Of a stretch of DNA of 35,869 nucleotides, positions 26,742 through 35,528 are shown piece by piece. Position 1 is the first letter of the stretch, and each line of letters starts with the position of its first letter. The DNA is from a virus, in IMG/VR virus record IMGVR_UViG_3300029678_000016; one strand, given 5' to 3'. The translations under genes and the position numbers were made by a program. The notes below the pieces were generated by a model. That model worked only from the letters and a program-made list of their open reading frames with translations. It was not told the origin of the DNA and did no database searches.

Positions 26742-29108
26742 ATGTTGGAGAAGTATCTTATATCAGTTGCAGGGTCCTCCAAGAGCACCAATTGGAAGAG
26801 AAAAACATACACTTGGGAAGCCTTAGTCGAAGAGCTATCGAAGCCCAAGATGGTCGGAAGCGAGACTATGAAAGAGTTCGACAGGCTGGCGAAGTCGGAG
26901 AAGGCGATCCGCAAGGATGTCGGAGGCTTCGTAGGCGGAACGCTAGCAGGCGGAAGACGTACCAAAAACTCAGTAGCAGGCAGATCACTTATCACATTAG
27001 ACGTTGACTACGGAGAGGATGACTTTTTCTTCGGTTTTTCTTTGCAATTCTCATGCGCTGCTGTTATATACGGCACAAGATCAGACCGTCCAGGTAAGCG
27101 GAGGTTTCGTCTTATCATCCCGATGGACCGTGAGATCGATAACCGGGAAGAATATGAAGCAGCCAGCCGGAAGGTAGCGGAGATCATGGGCATCGAACTG
27201 TTCGACCCGACGACATTCCAAGCCGAACGTCTGATGTACTGGGGATCGGTATCCAAGGACCAGGAGTTTTATTTCGAGAGACAGGATGGAGACGCGCTGA
27301 ACGTAGACGAACTACTCGGTATGTACGGAGGAGAGGACGCGTGGAAAGACGTACGCCTATGGGCGTTTACTGATAACGAGGAGCGCACGATCCACAGCAC
27401 TGTCTCAGAGGCTGGGGAACCGACCGACAAACCGGGGGTCATCGGTGCATTCTGCCGGGTATACACCGTACAGGAAGCTATCGAAAAGTATCTGTCTGAC
27501 GTTTATGAGCTCTGCGATCATGATCGCTACACCTATAAGGGAGGATCGTCCGCAGCCGGAATGATCGTGTACGATGACAAGTTCGCCTACTCCCACCATT
27601 CCACCGACCCGATCGGAGACGGTCATGTATACAATGCTTACGACCTTGTGCGCATCCACTTGTTCGGTCATCTCGGAAAGGAAGAGAGCGAACACGCGAT
27701 GGCTAGACTTGTACAGGAGGATGAGCCATGCCTCCGCGAGTTAGTCGCTGCTAATGACTGCATGGATGACTTCGATGATGTATCCGATGAATCAGTAGAA
27801 GAGACCGAGGAAGCGCTGGATTGGGACCTTGACAGCAAGGGACGCAAGGAGGTGACCATCCGCAACTTCGTCAACGCCTTCCGCACCGATCCCCTGCTGA
27901 ACAATCTGCTCGCGTATGACCAATTCCGAGGAACCATAGTGTATACCCGTAAGCCGTTTTTCGACAGCAGCAAGGACAAAGGAGACATATTCGATGACAC
28001 CGCAGAGTCAATCATCCGCAACCGGATCGAGACAGCCCACGGGATTTACTCCACCGGGAAGATGTGCGATGCCATCGAATATGTGTCCAATAAAAACGGC
28101 TTCCACCCCATCAAGACTTTTCTCGATTCGCTTGTGTGGGACGGAAAGCCGCGTATCGACACGTTCCTTCAGACCTACATGGGTGCTGAGGATTCAATCT
28201 ACGTAAGAGAGGCGTTCCGCAAGATGCTGGTAGCTGCGGTTGCCCGCATATACGAACCAGGAACTAAGTTCGACACCGCTCTGATAATGGTATCACATCA
28301 AGGTGCGGGTAAGTCAACGCTGGTCCAGCGACTGTCGAAGGGGTGGTTCAACGACTCCATGACATCGTTGGAAGGCACGAAGGCTTACGAGTCGATCCAG
28401 AATGCCTGGCTGGTGGAGCTAGCCGAGTTGTCAGCCATCAAGAAGTCAGACATCGAGGTGATGAAGAACTTCCTGTCCAAACGGGAGGATACATACCGTG
28501 CTGCCTACGCCAAGCGTATCAAGACGCATAGACGGCAATGCGTATTCTTCGGATCAACCAACGAGGATGAGTTTCTCAAGGACCAGACAGGTAACAGGCG
28601 TTTCTTCCCGGTCGCGGTGAAGTGGAATGCCAACAGCCACTACCTGTTCGAAAAATCCTTTGAAAGCACCATCGACCAGCTATGGGCTGAGGCTAAAGAA
28701 CTGTACGATGCAGGTGAGAGTCTGATACTGTCGAAGACAGCAGAAAACATAGCTAACGGTATTCGCGAAGAATACACGGAGGTGTCTTCGATGCACGGTC
28801 TGATCGAGAAGTTCGTCAACATGAAATTCCCGAAGAACTGGGACGACTGGGTATACGCTGACCGGAGAGACTTCGTTGACGGGATAGGCGTGTTCGAAGA
28901 AGGCACGGAGACCAGGACAGGTTTCTGCACCTTCGAGATATGGTGTGACGGTCTCGGTCTGCCTCGGAAAGACTTTACGGTAGCCAAGGCTAGAGAGCTT
29001 GCGGGGTCTCTCAAGAGGCTGGGATTCGTCCGGAACGGGCAGAGAAACGTTAATATATACGGCAGACAGTCAATTTACACGCGTATTATTTCGGATACCG
29101 AGGATTAA
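26742..29108 (+). CDS. Primase (AEP-like N-terminus) fused to a VirE/D5-like SF3 helicase
   Basis: ITLDVDYG (DxD), YSHHSTDP, P-loop HQGAGKST, Walker B WLVELAEL, and GNRRFFPV. Confidence 0.85.
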   Translation: MLEKYLISVAGSSKSTNWKRKTYTWEALVEELSKPKMVGSETMKEFDRLAKSEKAIRKDVGGFVGGTLAGGRRTKNSVAGRSLITLDVDYGEDDFFFGFSLQFSCAAVIYGTRSDRPGKRRFRLIIPMDREIDNREEYEAASRKVAEIMGIELFDPTTFQAERLMYWGSVSKDQEFYFERQDGDALNVDELLGMYGGEDAWKDVRLWAFTDNEERTIHSTVSEAGEPTDKPGVIGAFCRVYTVQEAIEKYLSDVYELCDHDRYTYKGGSSAAGMIVYDDKFAYSHHSTDPIGDGHVYNAYDLVRIHLFGHLGKEESEHAMARLVQEDEPCLRELVAANDCMDDFDDVSDESVEETEEALDWDLDSKGRKEVTIRNFVNAFRTDPLLNNLLAYDQFRGTIVYTRKPFFDSSKDKGDIFDDTAESIIRNRIETAHGIYSTGKMCDAIEYVSNKNGFHPIKTFLDSLVWDGKPRIDTFLQTYMGAEDSIYVREAFRKMLVAAVARIYEPGTKFDTALIMVSHQGAGKSTLVQRLSKGWFNDSMTSLEGTKAYESIQNAWLVELAELSAIKKSDIEVMKNFLSKREDTYRAAYAKRIKTHRRQCVFFGSTNEDEFLKDQTGNRRFFPVAVKWNANSHYLFEKSFESTIDQLWAEAKELYDAGESLILSKTAENIANGIREEYTEVSSMHGLIEKFVNMKFPKNWDDWVYADRRDFVDGIGVFEEGTETRTGFCTFEIWCDGLGLPRKDFTVAKARELAGSLKRLGFVRNGQRNVNIYGRQSIYTRIISDTED

Positions 29109-29237
29109 TGCGTATCTTTGCGTCACTGAATATTGAGAGTTATAATTCGTATCTTGTACTACTGATAAGAAGATTTTAGGCTGAGAGAAGCCAACACCCC
29201 ACTTCTTTTATGTTTGTCAAATGCACTTATATTTTTT

Positions 29238-29279
29238 CCTCCCGTATCCCGCTGTGAAGCCCGATACGGGGGGGTTTTT
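29238..29279 (+). terminator. Intrinsic terminator ending the SSB-polymerase-primase transcription unit
   Basis: 11-bp stem (29238-29248 / 29263-29273, including one G-U pair) with a 14-nt loop, followed by TTTTT at 29275-29279. Confidence 0.8.
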
Positions 29280-29321
29280 CATTAATGGGTGTTAATACGG
29301 GCTTCTGTCCACTAACAAACG

Positions 29322-29394
29322 TTAATAATTTGTTCAAAATTTGGCAAATTCAGAAAGCTGCCATATATTTGCATCATCAAAGTTAAACAAGTAA
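29322..29394 (+). promoter_or_regulatory. Conserved promoter-plus-leader cassette, copy 2
   Basis: TTTG at 29340-29343 and TAtaTTTG at 29364-29371, followed by CATCAAAGTTAAACAAGTAATA. Confidence 0.75.
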
Positions 29395-29409
29395 TAAAAA
29401 TATAAGATC

Positions 29410-29610
29410 ATGAAGACAATTACAGTAAAGGTTAAGTTTAAGATCACTGAATTAAACAAAACAAAAAGCATTAAGATAGGGATAGAATTCCCGGAAAATA
29501 AATTCCCCTGTTTCTCTGAATTAGTAAACAAGGTGTACGCTATGAGAGATCCCCGATTAAACAAGCTATTCAACGAAGGATACATTATCGGAGTAGAAGA
29601 GGTACTATAA
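29410..29610 (+). CDS. Hypothetical small protein
   Basis: 66 aa. The start context AAGATCATGAA is shared with neighbouring small ORFs. Confidence 0.5.
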   Translation: MKTITVKVKFKITELNKTKSIKIGIEFPENKFPCFSELVNKVYAMRDPRLNKLFNEGYIIGVEEVL

Positions 29611-29625
29611 TACTAATAATTAACC

Positions 29626-29643
29626 GGGGTGGGAAACCGCCCC
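29626..29643 (+). promoter_or_regulatory. Intercistronic GAAA-tetraloop hairpin
   Basis: 7-bp stem ggggtgg / ccgcccc closing a gaaa loop. There is no U-tract, so it is not a classical terminator. Confidence 0.4.
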
Positions 29644-29658
29644 TAAAATAATAAAATC

Positions 29659-29856
29659 ATGAAAACATTTGAGATCAACAATGAAACAATAACCATCGAG
29701 AAAATAGGCTACGGGCTGTATATATTAACGGGTATGGGCACATCAGTGCCTTGTAATGACTCCGAGATATGGGATTGGTGCGATGACGAAGAAAACAAAG
29801 AGAAACATCTGGCAGCTAAGGAAACCGCATACAGACTGCTTGTAAACAATTTGTAA
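29659..29856 (+). CDS. Hypothetical small protein
   Basis: 65 aa. Start context AAAATCATGAA. Confidence 0.5.
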   Translation: MKTFEINNETITIEKIGYGLYILTGMGTSVPCNDSEIWDWCDDEENKEKHLAAKETAYRLLVNNL

Positions 29857-29867
29857 AAAATAAGATC

Positions 29868-29957
29868 ATGAAAAAGGTAATAAAGACAATACTTAACGCG
29901 ATCGGATTCGTTCTGATCTGCATATTAATAACCGCTTATATACTATTCGTATGCTGA
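29868..29957 (+). CDS. Small hydrophobic peptide, 29 aa (not in the ORF track)
   Basis: Manual translation gives MKKVIKTILNAIGFVLICILITAYILFVC. It shares the AAGATCATGAA start context, and its stop overlaps the next ATG (ATGCTGA). Confidence 0.45.
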   Translation: MKKVIKTILNAIGFVLICILITAYILFVC

Positions 29958-30136
29958 TAATTAATAGAGTAACATTGATTAAGGGCGATTCTAAGGAATC
30001 CATCAACAAGGGTCCGATAGCCCTTGAAATCATGAATGTAGAGCAGTTTCGAGAACATGTAAAGTTGCTGTTCAAGTGCGACAGGGTATTACTAGATTAT
30101 ACGGAGGAAGAAGATGAAACAGAAAACAAGGATTAG
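29951..30136 (+). CDS. Hypothetical small protein
   Basis: 61 aa with an acidic C-tail. Confidence 0.45.
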   Translation: MLIINRVTLIKGDSKESINKGPIALEIMNVEQFREHVKLLFKCDRVLLDYTEEEDETENKD

Positions 30137-30377
30137 CGCAGAGATGGACGGTCGCTATCACGTACAGGAGCTGGGAGGAGACAACTTGTACCACACGATC
30201 CCCGGAGGAATATGTGAGACGAAAGGAGAGGCAAGACGAATTCGCAGGGCTTACAAGGCTGTGGCGAATTACGTAAACAAATTTAACAATAAGTTCTGCG
30301 GAATGCATACCATCCATCTTCCGAACTTTGACCCATCTGATTATCAGAAGAGAGATGAGGAAGAACGAGACAAGTGA
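30114..30377 (+). CDS. Hypothetical small protein
   Basis: 87 aa. No motif recognised. Confidence 0.45.
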   Translation: MKQKTRISAEMDGRYHVQELGGDNLYHTIPGGICETKGEARRIRRAYKAVANYVNKFNNKFCGMHTIHLPNFDPSDYQKRDEEERDK

Positions 30378-30666
30378 GAAGGTTTTCGAAAGAGAACTAT
30401 CACAGTACGTTGAGGAAAGAGGCGGGATGGCGGTGAAGCTGCTGTCCCAATTCTTCAAGGGATTGCCGGACAGGATGTTTCTCATACCAATTGGAAAGGT
30501 CCTGTTCGTAGAATTTAAGAGCACTGGGAAGAAGCCCACGCCCATTCAGAGGTGGGTACACAGGAAACTCGATGAAATCGGATTCCCTGTTTATATAGTG
30601 GACAGCCCGGAAAGCTACTATCTTGTAACAGACATTATAGATGACATAATTAAAAGATCTAGATGA
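30328..30666 (+). CDS. VRR-NUC domain nuclease (start may be the ATG at 30355)
   Basis: GLPDRMFLIPIGKVLFVEFKSTGKKPTPIQ matches the PD...E-x-K core of VRR-NUC. Confidence 0.75.
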   Translation: MTHLIIRREMRKNETSEKVFERELSQYVEERGGMAVKLLSQFFKGLPDRMFLIPIGKVLFVEFKSTGKKPTPIQRWVHRKLDEIGFPVYIVDSPESYYLVTDIIDDIIKRSR

Positions 30667-30986
30667 CAATGGAAAAAGAAGAGATAAGAATAGAATTTAC
30701 AAAGAAATTGCTCGATATGGGATTCGTAAAGGCGGGTGACTTCGCGCTGACGAAAAGAATGGATTCCAGGAGGATGACCATATACTTCCGGGGGATCGGG
30801 ATATTCGTAGAATTCTCAAGCGTTTTTAACGTAGTATCGAGTATGTGCGTTCCATATGAGCACACGAAGGGTGACTTTAATATGTTTCTGATCATCGTCA
30901 GATATTCGCTTAAAGAGGTGGCGATCAAGGGCTATTCCGAAGAGATGGAGAATTCCTTGAAAAACCTTTTGCCTTACAATGAGTAG
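30663..30986 (+). CDS. Hypothetical protein
   Basis: 107 aa. ATGA overlap with the upstream gene. Confidence 0.45.
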   Translation: MTMEKEEIRIEFTKKLLDMGFVKAGDFALTKRMDSRRMTIYFRGIGIFVEFSSVFNVVSSMCVPYEHTKGDFNMFLIIVRYSLKEVAIKGYSEEMENSLKNLLPYNE

Positions 30987-31007
30987 TTATTATACTTACA
31001 GAAACTT

Positions 31008-31442
31008 ATGGAAGTAGATTTCAACAAAATACTAAAACTCGACCGCATCAAGCTGTTTGTCGATGTGGTCACCAAGATGGCAAACGACACCCCGGCAGGA
31101 GGATATGCCATCGGAGTGGCAATAAAGGCATTGCCGGAAAACATCCAGCAGTTCCTGCTATCTGAGATACCCGACAAGGTTCTCCGCAGGGAGTACGCCC
31201 GCAGAGAGCTGGGAAACCTGGAAGACGCTTGTCTGACGCAGGGGAAGGACGAACTGTTCGAGACCTTCCGATCGGAGATATACCAGAATGACAAGCTGCA
31301 CACTGTAGCCAATCTCCTCGGAACCGACTGTCTGCGTCCCGATCTTGTTGAGACCGCAGAAGCCCTGGTCAAGCTGTTCCCGGAAAGATGGACCATTCAA
31401 GAATTATCTGATGAAATATACGCTAAAAGTTTAGGATTGTGA
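31008..31442 (+). CDS. Hypothetical protein
   Basis: 144 aa. No motif recognised. Confidence 0.45.
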   Translation: MEVDFNKILKLDRIKLFVDVVTKMANDTPAGGYAIGVAIKALPENIQQFLLSEIPDKVLRREYARRELGNLEDACLTQGKDELFETFRSEIYQNDKLHTVANLLGTDCLRPDLVETAEALVKLFPERWTIQELSDEIYAKSLGL

Positions 31443-31738
31443 CAGCAGAAGAAAGAGTTAAGGTTCGCGACTGGGCACGTCGTAACTTAGGAAAAGAAGT
31501 AACGATCATTGATATTAATATCGCCATAAGAACCTCAAAAGCAATGGTAGTGGGCTATTCGGAGTTTAGGGTCTTTGGAGAGGAAGTTACTAATGTGCTG
31601 GTGAGTTTTACGAACCACGCGGGATGGGGACCTAGTGGTTTAGACTTGACTGATCATGTGTTTGTACATTCTCCGCTGAACGTCTCTCTTTGGATGGTAA
31701 ACCTGTATGATATAGAGGAATATGTTGAACAGGAGTAA
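31439..31738 (+). CDS. Hypothetical protein (GTG start)
   Basis: 99 aa. GTGA overlap with the upstream stop. Confidence 0.4.
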   Translation: MTAEERVKVRDWARRNLGKEVTIIDINIAIRTSKAMVVGYSEFRVFGEEVTNVLVSFTNHAGWGPSGLDLTDHVFVHSPLNVSLWMVNLYDIEEYVEQE

Positions 31739-33122
31739 CTTGCATAAGTATCAGTTACAGGGGGTGGAGCACATCAAGGATAATCCGGAATGTGCTCTAT
31801 TCCTTGATATGGGCTTGGGGAAGACCGTAACCACGCTGACAGCCCTGTCCGATCTCATCCGGTATTTCGAAATCGAGAAGGCGCTGATAGTCGCGCCCAA
31901 GCGCGTTGCCGAGGTAACGTGGGCTGACGAGGTATCCAACTGGGCGCATCTTAATGACCTGCGGGTGTCCGTGATCGCGGGGAATGCCAAGAACCGTGCC
32001 GCTGCTGCCCGTGCCGATGCCGACATATACACGGTAGGTCGTGATAACCTGGTGTGGCTGCTGGAGAATTTCGGTGGCGTTAAACTCCCGTATGACTGCA
32101 TCGTGGTGGACGAACTGTCCTCGTTTAAGAATCATCAGTCAGAGAGATTCAAGGCGATGAAGAAGATCAGACGATATGCCAACCGGATAATCGGTCTGAC
32201 GGGTACTCCGGCACCTAACGGGCTGATAGACCTGTGGGCGCAGATGTTCGTGATCGATGGCGGAAAACGGCTAGGTCGGTCCATCACAGACTACCGGGCT
32301 AACTACTTCAGACCGGGCGCTCAGAATGGCGGGATCGTCTACAACTACAAGCCCCGCGAGAATACCGAGCAGATACTCTCCGAGAAGATATCCGACATCA
32401 CCCTGTCGATGAAGGCAGTCGATTACCTGGACATGCCTGAGGTGAACTACATCTATGACAAGGTGGTCCTGTCCGGCAAGGAGATGTCCATGTACAAGGA
32501 ATTCGAGAAGGATCAGATAATCTCGCTACTGGGCAACGGAGATGTTGAAACCATTACTGCCATGACTGCCGCAGCCCTGTCCAACAAGCTGCTCCAATTC
32601 GCTGGCGGAGCGATCTATGATGCTGAGAGAAACGTGCACCGTGTGAGCGATGCCAAGATCGAAGCCTTGTGCGAGATGGTGGAGGCATTGAACGGTGCTC
32701 CTGTCCTCATCGCCTACAACTTCCTCCATGAAGCCCACCGCATCGAGAAAGCCCTGTCCAAACTGAAGCCTGTCCGCATCGGAGGTGACTCTAGAGGAGA
32801 CAGTAATCAGATCATGCGTGACTGGAATGCCGGGAAGATCAAGGTGCTGATCGCACACCCTGCATCTGTAGGTCACGGGCTGAACCTTCAGAAAGGCGGA
32901 AACAACATTATATGGTTCGGGGTGACGTGGAACCTTGAGTTATATCAGCAGTTCAATGCACGGCTGTGGCGGCAGGGTCAGACCAAGCCCGTGTTCATCC
33001 ACCACATAGTATCCCGGCACACCCTTGATGAACGTGTCGTCAACTCCCTGCAAGGCAAGTCTAGCACACAGGATGCGTTAATAGATGCTATCAAAGACAT
33101 AGTTTCGCAGTATAAACGTTAA
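31722..33122 (+). CDS. SNF2/DEAD-like helicase
   Basis: Motif I LDMGLGKT, motif II VVDELSSFKN, motif III LTGTPAPN, then HPASVGHGLNLQ and QQFNARLWRQGQ. Confidence 0.9.
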   Translation: MLNRSNLHKYQLQGVEHIKDNPECALFLDMGLGKTVTTLTALSDLIRYFEIEKALIVAPKRVAEVTWADEVSNWAHLNDLRVSVIAGNAKNRAAAARADADIYTVGRDNLVWLLENFGGVKLPYDCIVVDELSSFKNHQSERFKAMKKIRRYANRIIGLTGTPAPNGLIDLWAQMFVIDGGKRLGRSITDYRANYFRPGAQNGGIVYNYKPRENTEQILSEKISDITLSMKAVDYLDMPEVNYIYDKVVLSGKEMSMYKEFEKDQIISLLGNGDVETITAMTAAALSNKLLQFAGGAIYDAERNVHRVSDAKIEALCEMVEALNGAPVLIAYNFLHEAHRIEKALSKLKPVRIGGDSRGDSNQIMRDWNAGKIKVLIAHPASVGHGLNLQKGGNNIIWFGVTWNLELYQQFNARLWRQGQTKPVFIHHIVSRHTLDERVVNSLQGKSSTQDALIDAIKDIVSQYKR

Positions 33123-33128
33123 TGAGTA

Positions 33129-33204
33129 TTAATAATTTGTTCAAAATTTGGCAAAACCGAAAACCTGCTGTATATTTGCATCATCAAAGTTAAACAAGTA
33201 GTAA
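33129..33204 (+). promoter_or_regulatory. Conserved promoter-plus-leader cassette, copy 3
   Basis: TTTG at 33147-33150 and TAtaTTTG at 33171-33178, followed by CATCAAAGTTAAACAAGTAGTA. Confidence 0.75.
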
Positions 33205-33223
33205 CAATTAAGATTAAACAGTC

Positions 33224-33637
33224 ATGGAAAAGCTTATTACATTATTAGTTCTAGTTTTGGCGTTCACAGCGAACGCAATGTCACAGATCACAACTGCCGG
33301 GAAACCGGAAACAATCGCATCGTTCCGCATGGGAACATGCAAGCTGGTGAAGACCCGGGATCAATACAAGATCAGCGGGCAGACCAAAGACAACAGGTTC
33401 CTTAGGATGAACGTGGAGCTGGGCGACAAGGAGAAGGCAGCAGCTCTTCTCCGGTCGATGATAGATTACGAGGCAAGCCGGAACGAACAGGTAGCCTTGA
33501 ACAACTCTACAGAAAACTTTGCCATCTGGGTAGGCACGGCATTCGGAGGCTGGGAGATCACAGATACCGTAGGTGCTGACCGGATAGCAGTGAGTAAGGG
33601 AGAATTGAAGAAAATGCTAAAAGCCATAGAGAAATGA
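33224..33637 (+). CDS. Secreted protein (signal peptide)
   Basis: The N-terminus MEKLITLLVLVLAFTANA looks like a cleavable signal peptide. Confidence 0.55.
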   Translation: MEKLITLLVLVLAFTANAMSQITTAGKPETIASFRMGTCKLVKTRDQYKISGQTKDNRFLRMNVELGDKEKAAALLRSMIDYEASRNEQVALNNSTENFAIWVGTAFGGWEITDTVGADRIAVSKGELKKMLKAIEK

Positions 33638-33906
33638 AAACAATGATTAAAAAGATTATCGAATGGTTCGGAAAGTCGAACCGCTACAAGCACTTACTTT
33701 ATGCTATCGTCGTATCATATTTAGCGGGATTCGTGTTCACCTGCGGAGTTGCTGCGGGTATGGAGTTCAAGGACAGCCAATGGGGTGGCAAATGGGATTG
33801 GATAGACTTCTGGCTGACCGTGGCTGGCGCGGCTGTCGGAGGAACACTGAGAGTAATTACACTTAAGGCACTTGACTTATATTGGCTGGTGGGCGCATGG
33901 CTGTAA
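33634..33906 (+). CDS. Small membrane protein with two TM segments
   Basis: Hydrophobic helices LLYAIVVSYLAGFVFTCGVAAG and FWLTVAGAAVGGTL. ATGA overlap with the upstream gene. Confidence 0.55.
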   Translation: MKTMIKKIIEWFGKSNRYKHLLYAIVVSYLAGFVFTCGVAAGMEFKDSQWGGKWDWIDFWLTVAGAAVGGTLRVITLKALDLYWLVGAWL

Positions 33907-34319
33907 TTATTTCTGACACAGAATACAGTGCTGCTAGAGCTACTCTAGAGCACCACAGAGCTAAAGGCTGGATGACCGAGGCTGAGTATAACGCCAGGCT
34001 GGCAGAACTTGATGAAGCCTATATCACCGGACTGGAAGAAGAGCGGGGATACGGCAATCGTCAGTATAGGATGCAGCAGTTCGAACGTATGGAAGAGGCG
34101 CAGCGCAGGATGCGCGAGGCGATAGGCAAGAGAGGCCGTTTCGGTGTGAAACTCATGGAAAAGGGAGACACCGGAGATTACGTGATCGCCCGTATGGAGA
34201 ATGGCGTGACAATGCAGAAGATCATCCTGTCACCGCTTGAAGCCCGGCTGCTGGCTTCCGAGATATTATCAAAAGTGAAACCAATCAAGAGAAAGAAAAA
34301 GTCATGGAATATCAAGTAA
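33897..34319 (+). CDS. Hypothetical soluble helical protein
   Basis: The ORF track starts at a TTG (33882). The in-frame ATG at 33897 is more likely. Confidence 0.45.
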   Translation: MAVIISDTEYSAARATLEHHRAKGWMTEAEYNARLAELDEAYITGLEEERGYGNRQYRMQQFERMEEAQRRMREAIGKRGRFGVKLMEKGDTGDYVIARMENGVTMQKIILSPLEARLLASEILSKVKPIKRKKKSWNIK

Positions 34320-34888
34320 ACAAACCGGATAGCACGTTTAAGACCATATTATTGTGTGACGTGTGCCGGAAGAACGTAGCCCACGTTGTGTGCTTTAACA
34401 ACGGCAAGGAGAACGAAGTAAGGGTCTGTAAGGACTGCATGGAGAGAGCTATGGGTGTCTTCGAAGACGATGAACCTGAAAAGAAGCCGGAATCAAGGAA
34501 GCCGGAATCAAGGAAGCCGGAAGGCGGCTGTCGAGACTGCCATGCCAAGAAACACCGGGATCAACAGATTAAGGGTCTCCGTGATGACCTCAAGAAAAAG
34601 GAGGATCTTATAAAGAGGCTGAAAGAGGATCTGGTAAGCACAGAGAAAGCCTACAACAACCGGGTGAAAAAGCTAGTCAGCGAGAATACAAGTATGAAAG
34701 AATCCCTAGGGAATGCCAGAGAGAACATAGATTTCTACAAAAGCGCGTACAATGCTTCCGAAAAGAAGTGTATGGACTCAGTCAAGGAATACGGGAAACT
34801 CTCCAACGGCTTGGTCAAAGTAATGATCATAGTAGCCCTGTTGGGTATAGGAGTAGGTGTAATAACAACAGCCTTGTTAATGCAATGA
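34304..34888 (+). CDS. Tail-anchored zinc-ribbon / coiled-coil membrane protein
   Basis: CDVC...CKDC near the N-terminus, a KPESR tandem repeat, a coiled coil, and a C-terminal TM segment VMIIVALLGIGVGVITTALL. Confidence 0.55.
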   Translation: MEYQVNKPDSTFKTILLCDVCRKNVAHVVCFNNGKENEVRVCKDCMERAMGVFEDDEPEKKPESRKPESRKPEGGCRDCHAKKHRDQQIKGLRDDLKKKEDLIKRLKEDLVSTEKAYNNRVKKLVSENTSMKESLGNARENIDFYKSAYNASEKKCMDSVKEYGKLSNGLVKVMIIVALLGIGVGVITTALLMQ

Positions 34889-34989
34889 AACCAAGTGAGA
34901 TAATAATCGGAACAATCCTCGCAGCCCTTGCGGGGATTTTCCTTGGAACGTTCATAGTAGGAGTAGTAACCATATTAACAGAGATATGA
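34885..34989 (+). CDS. Small TM peptide, 34 aa (internal start of track ORF 34768..34989)
   Basis: ATGA overlaps at both ends. Sequence MKPSEIIIGTILAALAGIFLGTFIVGVVTILTEI. Confidence 0.45.
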   Translation: MKPSEIIIGTILAALAGIFLGTFIVGVVTILTEI

Positions 34990-35513
34990 GCAAGCAGGTA
35001 AACTTAGGACATATCGGGAGGATGTTTAACGTTCACGTATTCGTTGTATGCCAGTTTCTGAGAATGCACAGGAAGAAGCCCATATCCAGGTTACATCGGG
35101 GTAAGGTCAGCTACTATGGTCCGGCAGACCTGTTCGAGAAGAAACAGGAGGAATTCGTGCAGTACGTGTTCGGGCTGTTTGACCGCAGAAGCCCACTGAC
35201 CAGATGCTGCGCCCGTACCGCCAAGGTCAACGCTGCGATCAGCGACATGAGATTCGAAACCAACCGGTTTGAGGAGAAACTGCAGGCAAAGGAGTCGCAC
35301 ACCAAACGTCTGATCCGCGTATCGGATATAACGGATATGGTCGGGGATGTAGAGGAGCACCGCATCTACGAATTCCGGCATTACGTGAACGGGGCTGTGA
35401 GTTTCTTCCGATGGACGGGAAACTCTTGGGAATTCGTGGAAGGAGAGAGAAGTTCACTGAATAAAAAGCAGTTCGTGAAATCGATTTGCGAACGCTACAA
35501 GGTAGCTCCGTAG
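34986..35513 (+). CDS. Hypothetical basic protein, last gene of arm B
   Basis: 175 aa. No motif recognised. Confidence 0.45.
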   Translation: MSKQVNLGHIGRMFNVHVFVVCQFLRMHRKKPISRLHRGKVSYYGPADLFEKKQEEFVQYVFGLFDRRSPLTRCCARTAKVNAAISDMRFETNRFEEKLQAKESHTKRLIRVSDITDMVGDVEEHRIYEFRHYVNGAVSFFRWTGNSWEFVEGERSSLNKKQFVKSICERYKVAP

Positions 35514-35528
35514 AGGAGAGATTTGGGG

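Noticed and set aside
29109-29320. Possible tRNA or tmRNA in the largest non-coding gaps (also 20908-21497 and 35514-35869)
   Set aside because: I could not fold any roughly 75-nt segment into a cloverleaf with an acceptor stem and a T-loop GTTC-type motif. A tRNAscan-SE run would settle this.
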